NCBI GenBank assembly: GCA_005222975.1
Contig: NJBI01000002.1
Location: 32,001 to 96,000, forward strand
Direction of reading: 5' to 3'
Source: Promethearchaeota archaeon Loki_b31
GTDB taxonomy: Archaea; Asgardarchaeota; Lokiarchaeia; Sigyniarchaeales; SOKP01
Length of the DNA: 64,000 nt
Both the position numbers and the translations under genes were made by a program. A model generated the notes under the pieces. That model did not search any database and was not told the origin of the DNA. It was given only the letters and a program-made list of their open reading frames with translations. Shown in pieces: positions 1-8,328 of this stretch. Position 1 is the stretch's first letter, and each line of letters opens with the position of its first letter.

Positions 1-410
1 CATTTCAATATCTAGATTACCATATTAATGATACAGAGTACGAAGAAGATATTATTTCTAATGGAGCCGGTGCAGCTAACTTAGAGGAAAATCAAATAAC
101 ATATGAATTTTCAATGCCGGTTAAAGATACTGAAGATGAAGTTCAAGATGTTTATTTAAATTATCAGGATTTTTATGATTTTAAAATTGTGTTCGGAAAT
201 AAAACAGCGCTTTACCCAGATGATATTATGATTTCAAATATAGTATCATTATTTTTAGAATATAAACCAGGAGGTCCTGACAAACCGTTAAGCGAATTAA
301 TAATGTTTATTTCAACAATCGTTATTTTCAGCATAATTAGCGCTCTTTATATTTTTTATATATATCGAATAACTCAACTCAAGAAAGAAATCAGAAGAAT
401 AAGGAGTTAA
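1..410 (+). CDS. 5'-truncated protein with C-terminal membrane anchor
   Basis: Frame is open from nt 3 to TAA at 410, upstream of the track start at 114. Acidic/Asn-rich region, then a hydrophobic helix (LIMFISTIVIFSIISALYIFYIY) and a basic tail. Confidence 0.7.
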   Translation, partial: FQYLDYHINDTEYEEDIISNGAGAANLEENQITYEFSMPVKDTEDEVQDVYLNYQDFYDFKIVFGNKTALYPDDIMISNIVSLFLEYKPGGPDKPLSELIMFISTIVIFSIISALYIFYIYRITQLKKEIRRIRS

Positions 411-411
411 C

Positions 412-828
412 ATGTCAAAAATTAATAAAAATAGTGTTAAATCACAACCAACTAAAAAGAAGGAAAGATTAGAAGAAAAATTTGCATATCGTTCAGTTAT
501 TCTCTCTGCGATATTTGGAGGGCTATTTTTAACAATTTCAATTTTATTAAATGGAGAAATAATTACATTATTTCTGGGTGATAACCCATTTTTGTTAGCT
601 TTAGATATTACAATTAAAGTTCTCGTTATTCTAATATTTAACATTTTAATCATGATTAGTCTTGGGAATTACAAAGAATTAACGGGCAAACCAGTAGATT
701 TTAAAATAATAGGGCTGTTATTTTTCTTTTCGTTAATTCAAGCATTTAGAGATTCGTTGGTTTTCTCCTTTACTCTAGTAGGTCTATTAACTATCGTTCT
801 TTACTTGTATTTAGTTCAAGAGAGCTGA
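412..828 (+). CDS. Hypothetical membrane protein (about 4 TM)
   Basis: 138 aa with four hydrophobic segments; starts 1 nt after the upstream stop, with AGGAG just upstream. Confidence 0.75.
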   Translation: MSKINKNSVKSQPTKKKERLEEKFAYRSVILSAIFGGLFLTISILLNGEIITLFLGDNPFLLALDITIKVLVILIFNILIMISLGNYKELTGKPVDFKIIGLLFFFSLIQAFRDSLVFSFTLVGLLTIVLYLYLVQES

Positions 829-862
829 AAGTCATTATTTTTTTAACATTTTAAATTCAAAC

Positions 863-1606
863 ATGAAAAGCAATTTACTGTTTATTGGTCACAGAGGGAC
901 TAGAATCAATAACAATGAAAATACGTTAAAATCATTCGAAGCAGCGATTAAATCCGGAGCTCAGTACATTGAATTTGATGTTCGGAGATTGAACGATGGA
1001 AATTTGTTGGTCTTTCATGATGCCTTCATAGACTGGACTATAGTTGGCTCTGTGTATCTAAAAGATTTAACTTACGATGAACTGAAAAATTGTAAAACTA
1101 AAATTAGAACTGCTGAAATTCCTCTTTTATCTGAAGTGTTAGATAAACTTGCAAAAAGGACGAAGTTCATGATTGAATTAAAAGAAGAAGAAATAAAAAA
1201 TGATGTAATCAATATGGTGATTAAGAAAGGATTATTAAAAGATTGCGTTATTTGCGGAAGAAATTATGATTTATTAAAGATAATTAAAAAAGAATTTCCT
1301 AAATGTCAAGTTTGTTATAATATTACTAAAGGAAAGGGATTAAATTTAAAAGAATTTATAAAATTGGGGAATCAGAAGAATTTACATTTCATACCAGACA
1401 TGATAAGTTTAAAGTCAAATTTAATTAAAGCTAATTTTATAGACATTTGTCACGAAAACGGTATTAAAGCTCTTGCTTGGGACTTTATTAAATACGCTAA
1501 TTCTGTTAAAATGATTAAAGATTTAATTAAACTTCAAATAGATGGGATTTTATTTGATGATCATAAAAATATTAAAATTATAAAGCAGTGGTTAAAAAAA
1601 GCTTAA
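863..1606 (+). CDS. Glycerophosphodiester phosphodiesterase family protein
   Basis: IGHRG, ENT, IEFDV, HD and IELK motifs of the GDPD family. Confidence 0.9.
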   Translation: MKSNLLFIGHRGTRINNNENTLKSFEAAIKSGAQYIEFDVRRLNDGNLLVFHDAFIDWTIVGSVYLKDLTYDELKNCKTKIRTAEIPLLSEVLDKLAKRTKFMIELKEEEIKNDVINMVIKKGLLKDCVICGRNYDLLKIIKKEFPKCQVCYNITKGKGLNLKEFIKLGNQKNLHFIPDMISLKSNLIKANFIDICHENGIKALAWDFIKYANSVKMIKDLIKLQIDGILFDDHKNIKIIKQWLKKA

Positions 1607-3660
1607 CTTAATTTCGTTATTTTAGATGTTCCGGGAGGAAGTATAAGGATAATATCGTCTAAAGACAAAATTTTTACCCACTTTTTATTATCCACTTCAG
1701 AGTTATTAAGAAAGATTGATTTCAATTCCTTTGCTAACTTTCCTTTGGTTAGTCCAGATTTTGAAGGTTTAATTAGTATTGAATTGCTTGTTTTATTTTT
1801 AATGGTGCCTGATGGCTCGCAAATTACTTGCGGATATAATATTTTAACATTCGGATTAGCTCCGTCTTTGATTTCTATGAACTCTAATCGAAGAGTTAAC
1901 TCAGTTTTAGCGTCTTTAATTACATTCTTCTTTCCAGAAATCATAAAAGAGCCTTTAGGTAAATACTCGCCAGAAGGAGGTGTTTTTGAAATTTGATTCG
2001 CTAAAACATAAAAAACATCAACAACGCCCCAATTTTCTTTCCAAGCTATAGAAAAACTTGCTACGAAGTCAGCCGCCTCCTTAATTGAACTTTCGGGAAT
2101 TTCTTTATTTTCTGGATTTTTAATTACGGTTAGAGGAGAGCCCGGAAAATTTGTGTGAAAAATTAAATCGTAAGGCGTTATATATTTTTTAAATATCGTT
2201 TCGTTCGAACTCGCGTCCCTTCCGCCAATTACTAAGAAACCATCTGAAGAAATAAACCACCTAAATTTTTCATACCATTTTTTTGTTGGTTTTTTAATTA
2301 AAAAATTCACTTCTAATTCGATTGATTCTTTTTTAAGTTTTAGTTTTTCAACGTTGCTTTTTGTTTTTTCAATTGCCGGAAATGTTCCGGTTAATTTCTT
2401 TTCTGCTTTTTTACCTTTAGAATAAATTAAGTTTGCGTTTTCGCCAACCGATTTATTTAAATCCAAATATACTTCGTTATTGTTAATGTCAATTACAACT
2501 TGTTTGGTTGCGGGGATTATTTTAACAAAAAATGCTAACTCTTCTAAGCTTTCGTTTTTAGCACTTTGTAATTTAGCGTTAATTTCTTCCCAACCGTAGC
2601 CTTTAGCTTTTGCGTCTAAAATTCCATCAAATAACTTATATATGGCATTAAAATTGGCGTATATAAAATCTCCATATTCGTAATACATGTCTTTTCTTAT
2701 TTTGAGTTCTTCAAGGTATTCTTGTTGATTTCTTAATATCTTTTCCTGAGATTTTATTTTTTGATTGATTGATTGATCTTGTGGCGTTATCAAATTACTG
2801 GAATCTATTTTTGAAAAGTATTCATCAACAGCGTCATTAAAAGAATTCACTTGTTTTTTCTTATTGTTTTTGAAAAGTTCTAATTCAAAAGGGATAACGG
2901 AGATCTCTTCTTCGTCCTCATTAAAAACAATCTGTGCATTTATTTCACCAAAAAGCAATTTATTTCTTAAGTTTTTGAAAGCGTGAAATAATAAATTCAA
3001 TTCTTCTTGATTTAGATCGTTACTGTTTTTAGATTTATCAATCTTTGCCATATGACAAATTTCTTCACCATATAATCCTGAAATGTTTATATTTCGTGCT
3101 AAAATTCTTACTATTTCACCCTCAAAATTATGAATAATTTCGTTAAAGTCATTTTGATTAATAGTTAGAAAATCTATTCCCCTAGATTTTGGATATATGT
3201 ATTCTCTATTAGCTAAAATATCCCTATCTCTATATTTGCTGTAGCGTTTTGCTATTTTTACAAGGTTTTTATCGTCTAATACTATATAATTTCCCTTATT
3301 GAATAGTTCTATTATAAATTTCCAGGGTTTTCCCTCTATATTGCTTAATTCGAATATAATAATTCTATCAAAATTATGTTGATTGATTGCTAAAATTCTT
3401 CTATTCTTTAGAAGTTTTCTTAGAGACCCAATGTATTGACTTGGATATTTTGGTATTGGGTAATCGTAATTAGTAAAATTTATACGCGAATCGTTTTTAA
3501 CGATTAATATTTTTTTTTCATTTAATTTAGTCTTAATTTTTAAAATTAATATATCCTCAATTTCGTAGATATTAGTAATTTTACCTTGAGTTAGAACTAA
3601 ATCTAATTCTTTCGTAATAGCAAATACATCGAAATTTGAAAATTTAATATTTTTTTTCAT
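1603..3660 (-). CDS. rqcH: Ribosome quality control factor aRqc2/NEMF (NFACT family)
   Basis: NFACT-N (FDRII, ELFNKGN), coiled coil, WYEKFRWFISSDGFLVIGGRDA and SKTPPSGEYLPKGSFMI motifs. Confidence 0.92.
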   Translation of the reverse strand: MKKNIKFSNFDVFAITKELDLVLTQGKITNIYEIEDILILKIKTKLNEKKILIVKNDSRINFTNYDYPIPKYPSQYIGSLRKLLKNRRILAINQHNFDRIIIFELSNIEGKPWKFIIELFNKGNYIVLDDKNLVKIAKRYSKYRDRDILANREYIYPKSRGIDFLTINQNDFNEIIHNFEGEIVRILARNINISGLYGEEICHMAKIDKSKNSNDLNQEELNLLFHAFKNLRNKLLFGEINAQIVFNEDEEEISVIPFELELFKNNKKKQVNSFNDAVDEYFSKIDSSNLITPQDQSINQKIKSQEKILRNQQEYLEELKIRKDMYYEYGDFIYANFNAIYKLFDGILDAKAKGYGWEEINAKLQSAKNESLEELAFFVKIIPATKQVVIDINNNEVYLDLNKSVGENANLIYSKGKKAEKKLTGTFPAIEKTKSNVEKLKLKKESIELEVNFLIKKPTKKWYEKFRWFISSDGFLVIGGRDASSNETIFKKYITPYDLIFHTNFPGSPLTVIKNPENKEIPESSIKEAADFVASFSIAWKENWGVVDVFYVLANQISKTPPSGEYLPKGSFMISGKKNVIKDAKTELTLRLEFIEIKDGANPNVKILYPQVICEPSGTIKNKTSNSILIKPSKSGLTKGKLAKELKSIFLNNSEVDNKKWVKILSLDDIILILPPGTSKITKLS

Positions 3661-3773
3661 TGTATATTATAATGATTCTCTTTTTTTTTCTTTTATTAAA
3701 ATATCAAAAATAAATTGAACTAAATCTAATTTACAAAATTTTAATAAAAAAAATAATATTAATAATACTAATT

Positions 3774-4193
3774 ATGGGAAAAAAAGATAAACGGCCGAAA
3801 AGGGTTAATATTAAAAAAGAACGGCAAAGACTTATAAAAGAGAAAAAAAAACTACTTCCAAAGCAAGATCTTCAGGTGGATAAAAAAGCGACCAAAAAGA
3901 TTGATATTCGATTAGAAAAAGAGACAAGATTATATTGGGTAAGAGCGATTTCAGGCGCTTTAAGCGGGTTAATAGGAAGATTGTTGTTTGATTTGTATGG
4001 TTGGAGGTTGTTAATTTGGATGTTATGTTTTTGGATTATTACGCCATTTTTTGTTAGTTTTATTGTGTATAAATACGAATACGATAAAGAGGAATGGAGC
4101 TGGAAGAATATTATAAAACCAGGTATTGGAATATTTTTCTTATTATTTATGATTGTTACTGTTATTACACATACATTTTTAGCTTTTCTCTGA
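3774..4193 (+). CDS. EMC6/Rab5ip-like 3-TM membrane protein
   Basis: Basic N-tail, then LYWVRAISGALSGLIG and C-terminal GIGIFFLLFMIVTVITHT, resembling the EMC6/Rab5-interacting family pattern (by eye). Confidence 0.55.
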   Translation: MGKKDKRPKRVNIKKERQRLIKEKKKLLPKQDLQVDKKATKKIDIRLEKETRLYWVRAISGALSGLIGRLLFDLYGWRLLIWMLCFWIITPFFVSFIVYKYEYDKEEWSWKNIIKPGIGIFFLLFMIVTVITHTFLAFL

Positions 4194-4199
4194 ATCGAA

Positions 4200-4703
4200 C
4201 TATAATTGTATTGTTTGTTTTATTTTCTTCTCAATCTTCCCCTTAGAACTAAAGACAATTTCGTCCAATTTATATATCCTGTTGCAGTATATGCATTGAA
4301 TTTTCAGTGGTTTTTCTTCTAGAACCATGAATTCTGTTTCAATTGGTTCATTGGAATTAGAAATGCACGTCTTGTTCCGGCATAAAATTAATTTCTTAAT
4401 TACTTCAGGGAGGTTTACCTTTTTCTTTTCAATAACCTTATATTCTTCAATTAAAGAGATATTCGCATTTGGAGAAAGTATAGAAATTTGTTGCATTTGT
4501 TTTTTGTTAAGAAATACGCCTTCAATTTTTATAATATCTTTTCTTTGATATTTCTTAGACGAAACATTAACACCAATTGTAATAAGATTTGGAGATTCGT
4601 CAAGTCCCGTTAAACTCATAATAGTTAACGCGTATCCGGCGTCAATATGGTCAATAACAGTTCCCTTCTTTAATCTGGCTATTTTTAATTTTTCTTCCAA
4701 CAT
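4200..4703 (-). CDS. pyrI: Aspartate carbamoyltransferase regulatory chain
   Basis: GTVIDHI, KDIIKIE, C-x-N-x2-C-IS-N and C-x-YC zinc motifs. Confidence 0.95.
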   Translation of the reverse strand: MLEEKLKIARLKKGTVIDHIDAGYALTIMSLTGLDESPNLITIGVNVSSKKYQRKDIIKIEGVFLNKKQMQQISILSPNANISLIEEYKVIEKKKVNLPEVIKKLILCRNKTCISNSNEPIETEFMVLEEKPLKIQCIYCNRIYKLDEIVFSSKGKIEKKIKQTIQL

Positions 4704-4767
4704 TTTCTTAATTATTAAAAATTATTTAATTGAAAAATTTTACTAAATAAATTATTACTTTAATTTC

Positions 4768-5859
4768 TTAAATTAATATTAATATCGATATAAAAAATAA
4801 AACTGTTGACACAATAAAATTATAAGACAAGTTATCGTCAACCTCCAAATCCAAAAAATCTAAAAATCCAATAATTACAGCTCCAACTAAGGGAATTAAA
4901 ATTAAACTTACGGGTTTTAACATATACACTTGTCTTAAAAGCAATAAAGTGATAATTCCAGAGATATATGCAACACCCATACCCGCAAATAAACCCTCAT
5001 AAGTTTTTTTTGTATTTCGAATATTCTTGCGCCCAAATTTTTTTCCGACTAAATTTGCAGTCATATCAGCAAAAATTGACATCGTCATTGAAGTGCAAAT
5101 TACCAATGGACCTATAGGTTGAAACATCCCATATAAGATTATTATTGAAAAACAACCAATTCCCATGGATATATGTGGGCCCAATCTCATGTGTCGCTCT
5201 TTTTTTCTTAAAATTCGATTAACTGGCTTCAAAGGGTAGAGGTCTGGTCTTAAAATTCTAATAAAATCGGCAGATAACATACCAAGTAAAGAGACTCCAA
5301 CTAAAAAAACTACTAAATATTGAGTAAAAATCATTTTATTAACCTCTATGTTATAGATGGAAAAGAAGATCTCTGAAATGATATTAGGGAAAAATTCTAA
5401 AACATCTCTAAATATGTTTTGAACTAGAAAACCTAAAGTGAAGTAAAAAAAAACAATCCCTAAAACAACCAAATGAGTTAATTTTCTATAAAGTTCGTAT
5501 TTAAATGGAAGCACCTCAGAGAATAAGGAGAAATCTTCTTTCCAAGGTTTCTCTTTTAAATCTCTTTTAACAATTCGCTTTTCTCTATAAATCGAATAAT
5601 AAAAAAGAGGAAGAAAAAATATGATAAAGATTATCATAAAAATATCAAATGGAAAAACTATAAAATCAATATTCGAAATGTGTAAAAAGTTGATAGTAAT
5701 TAAATTGATTGTTATACTAATTATTAGTATTAGAGAGTTTACCAAATTATTAATAAAGGCCCCTCTTTCGCCTCTTTTCTTCGCTAAAAGGGCGGTATAT
5801 AATGAGATTAACCCATAAAGGTATAAGGTGCTTGTAATAATAAATGATAAAATATTCAA
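4768..5859 (-). CDS. Polyprenol/dolichol/phytol kinase-like membrane protein (CTP-dependent kinase family)
   Basis: ELYRKLTH, D-x2-A-x2-VG-x2-FG, KKTYEG and DDNL motifs; multi-TM. Confidence 0.8.
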   Translation of the reverse strand: MNILSFIITSTLYLYGLISLYTALLAKKRGERGAFINNLVNSLILIISITINLITINFLHISNIDFIVFPFDIFMIIFIIFFLPLFYYSIYREKRIVKRDLKEKPWKEDFSLFSEVLPFKYELYRKLTHLVVLGIVFFYFTLGFLVQNIFRDVLEFFPNIISEIFFSIYNIEVNKMIFTQYLVVFLVGVSLLGMLSADFIRILRPDLYPLKPVNRILRKKERHMRLGPHISMGIGCFSIIILYGMFQPIGPLVICTSMTMSIFADMTANLVGKKFGRKNIRNTKKTYEGLFAGMGVAYISGIITLLLLRQVYMLKPVSLILIPLVGAVIIGFLDFLDLEVDDNLSYNFIVSTVLFFISILILI

Positions 5860-5971
5860 AAATTAACAATCTCCTTAAGTTTTCTTATAGATATTATCTG
5901 TGAAATATTAAAATCTTTATTAAAATTGAATTGATAAACAATTAAATTAAAAAAAAAATTGAAAATTTGAC

Positions 5972-7372
5972 CTAAAAACGGGTTTCGTCAATATTGGGCA
6001 TATCCGGTGCGGTTAAAGCTTTTTGAATTTCTTCATACGGTAGCTCGTAATCTACTAAATTGCCATTCATGTATTCTTTGTATGCTAATAAGTCGAAAAA
6101 TCCATGACCACTTAGACAGAATATAATATTCTTCTTTTCGTTGTTTTCTTTAGCTAATAAGGCTTGATCTACTGTTTCTTTTACAGCGTGAGCCGCTTCA
6201 GGTGCGGGTAATATGCCCTCTGTTTTAGCAAACATTAATCCTGACGCAATAGCTTCAGTTTGATGGTGCATAACAGACGAGATTATCTTCTTACTTGATA
6301 AAATTGAAATTATCGGCGCCATACCATGGTAACGTAAGCCTCCTGAGTGAATTGGGCTAGGAATGAAATTATGTCCGAGCGTGTACATTTTTAAAATTGG
6401 AGCTTTTTTCGCAGAATCTCCGTAATCCCATCTGTACTCTCCTTTATTAACGCTTGGACAAGCTCTTGGTTCTACTCCAATGATCTCTATATCAGGGTTT
6501 TTGCCTTGCAGTTTGTCTCTAACGAAGGGTATCATTAATCCTCCTAGATTAGACCCCCCACCCATACATCCTATTAATATATCAGGTTGAATATGAATTT
6601 TGTTAAGTTGAGCTTTCACCTCTTGTCCTATTATCGTCTGATGTAATAGGACAAAATTTACAACGCTACCCAACGAATATCTTGCTTTATCACTTCTCAT
6701 ACTATGCTCTACTGCTTCAGATATAGCTATTCCTAGACTTCCGGGGTGATCTGGATCGTTTTCATAGTAATATTTTCCAGAATCCGTAAGGTTAGAGGGG
6801 CTTGCATGAACTTGTGCATTAAAAGCCCTCATTAATATATTTCTTCCAGGTTTTTGCAAAAAACTAGCTCGTACCATGTAAACCGTACAATTTAAATCGA
6901 ATAAATTGCACCCGTAGGACAAAGCTGAACCCCATTGACCAGCCCCAGTTTCAGTGATCAACTCACTTACTCCATCTCTTTTAGAATAATAGGCTTGAAC
7001 TAAAGCTGTATTTGGTTTGTGTGAACCTGTTGGAGAGACTGATTCGTTTTTAAAAAAAATTTTAATGTCATCGCCTACTATTCCAAGTTCTTTTTCTAAA
7101 CCATAGGCTCTATGAAGAGGGGTGGGGCGGTATGATTTTGCAAAAATCTCCCTTAATTCTTTCGGGATGGGGATTAATGGATCTTGAGAAATTTCTTGAA
7201 GTACACACTCTTTTGGAAATATTGCAAAAGCAAGTTCTGGAGGTGCAGGTTTTCCATCCATTGGATTTATTAAGGGCGTCATAGGAGCAGGTAAATCGGG
7301 TAAAATATTAACCCATTCCTTTGGTAACTCGTTTGGTTCGAGTAAAATTCTTGTTTTATTAAAATCTATCAT
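5972..7372 (-). CDS. trpB2: Tryptophan synthase beta chain 2 (TrpB2, PLP enzyme)
   Basis: RPTPL, SPTGSHKPN (PLP Lys), ETGAGQWG, GGGSN, IHSGGLRYHG, PAPE and SGHG motifs with the TrpB2-type N-terminus. Confidence 0.95.
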   Translation of the reverse strand: MIDFNKTRILLEPNELPKEWVNILPDLPAPMTPLINPMDGKPAPPELAFAIFPKECVLQEISQDPLIPIPKELREIFAKSYRPTPLHRAYGLEKELGIVGDDIKIFFKNESVSPTGSHKPNTALVQAYYSKRDGVSELITETGAGQWGSALSYGCNLFDLNCTVYMVRASFLQKPGRNILMRAFNAQVHASPSNLTDSGKYYYENDPDHPGSLGIAISEAVEHSMRSDKARYSLGSVVNFVLLHQTIIGQEVKAQLNKIHIQPDILIGCMGGGSNLGGLMIPFVRDKLQGKNPDIEIIGVEPRACPSVNKGEYRWDYGDSAKKAPILKMYTLGHNFIPSPIHSGGLRYHGMAPIISILSSKKIISSVMHHQTEAIASGLMFAKTEGILPAPEAAHAVKETVDQALLAKENNEKKNIIFCLSGHGFFDLLAYKEYMNGNLVDYELPYEEIQKALTAPDMPNIDETRF

Positions 7373-7455
7373 ATCATATTCCTTTTTAATATTATTTCAT
7401 CATCTATTTTATTTGATGTCTCATTTTAAGATTGGAGCCCAATTATAATAATGCC

Positions 7456-7473
7456 CAATTGCAAATGCAATTG
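7456..7473. promoter_or_regulatory. Inverted repeat CAATTGC-AAAT-GCAATTG in the trpB2 leader (hairpin or operator)
   Basis: Perfect 7-bp arms; GCCCAATT direct repeat at 7437-7444 and 7453-7460. Confidence 0.45.
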
Positions 7474-7493
7474 AAATTTAAAATTCGATGTTT

Positions 7494-7544
7494 AGAAATA
7501 AAAAGAGCACGAAGTATGGTTTAACCATTGAAAAAGCGTTTTCA
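7494..7544 (-). terminator. Candidate attenuator: small hairpins plus U-tracts after the leader ORF
   Basis: Minus strand reads TGAAAA-CGCT-TTTTCA (overlapping the leader stop), then ATGGT-TAA-ACCAT, then CTCTTTTTATTTCT. Confidence 0.4.
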
Positions 7545-7592
7545 GGAACGCCAAGGCCACTGCCAACAAAAAAGAATATCTTCAGTAACCAT
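7542..7592 (-). CDS. Trp-rich leader peptide MVTEDILFCWQWPWRS (TrpL-like)
   Basis: ATG GTT ACT GAA GAT ATT CTT TTT TGT TGG CAG TGG CCT TGG CGT TCC TGA; same strand as trpB2 and 169 nt upstream of it. TATA-like TTTATAAG at 7643-7636. Confidence 0.7.
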   Translation of the reverse strand: MVTEDILFCWQWPWRS

Positions 7593-7672
7593 AGATATAA
7601 ACCATGCTTTTATATAGTGATATTATTGTCAGAAACTTATAAAGTTAATCCTCTGTGTTAAAAATGTATCTG

Positions 7673-8080
7673 TTATTTCCCTTCAAAAATACTTGCTAAA
7701 TTTTTAGCTGCTACCCTCATTACCTTAACGGTCTTCATTAAAGTGTCAATAAGTGTTCCCGCACATACAATTACTAAACGTCCGGCATTACTAACGATAA
7801 TGTAACCATCTTCTGCCCTCACAATTATTTCACTTAGCTCCTCTTGAAATAATGTTTTGATTGTTGAGCTTCCGGTCATCAGCAAAGCGCTCGCAAGCCC
7901 ACAGAATTGATCCCCGTCTACTTTATATTGCGGAAGCGCCGAAAATGCGATCTGGTACCCTTCTACGCTTACGAGGGCAATGGCTTCTATGTCTGCGTTT
8001 GAAGTAATAAATGTAATTTGAGGGCTAATTTTTTCAATTTCTTCAGGTCCTATTCCTAAGTCGCTTCCAAATTCGATAAT
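7673..8080 (-). CDS. Roadblock/LC7 domain protein (about 135 aa; start uncertain, probably non-canonical)
   Basis: Frame is open from 8083 and encodes DIEAIALVSVEGYQIAFSAL...GLASALL...IIVRAEDGYIIVSNAG. The track ORF (7673..7885) is only the C-terminal half. Confidence 0.85.
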   Translation of the reverse strand: MIEFGSDLGIGPEEIEKISPQITFITSNADIEAIALVSVEGYQIAFSALPQYKVDGDQFCGLASALLMTGSSTIKTLFQEELSEIIVRAEDGYIIVSNAGRLVIVCAGTLIDTLMKTVKVMRVAAKNLASIFEGK

Positions 8081-8328
8081 ACATCACATTCTGGGGTAAT
8101 TTTTTAATTTATTTGAATTTAAAGATTTTACAATATTTTAATTATAATTAATATAATGTTGATACTTTTTATTTTTTTATTTTTTGTTCCTCGTACTTTT
8201 AATAGAGTTACTATTTAAATCTTTTATCTGAAGAAAATAAAATCCTTAAAAAATAATTTCTATTGCTAAAAGTTAAAATAGATCATTATTATTCTATATA
8301 AAATTAAATTTGAAAAAACAACGAAATT

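Noticed and set aside
7398-7425. SECIS-like ATGA...AA...GA downstream of roadblock (minus strand)
   Set aside because: Only a 4-bp stem (CATC/GATG), far shorter than SECIS helix II.
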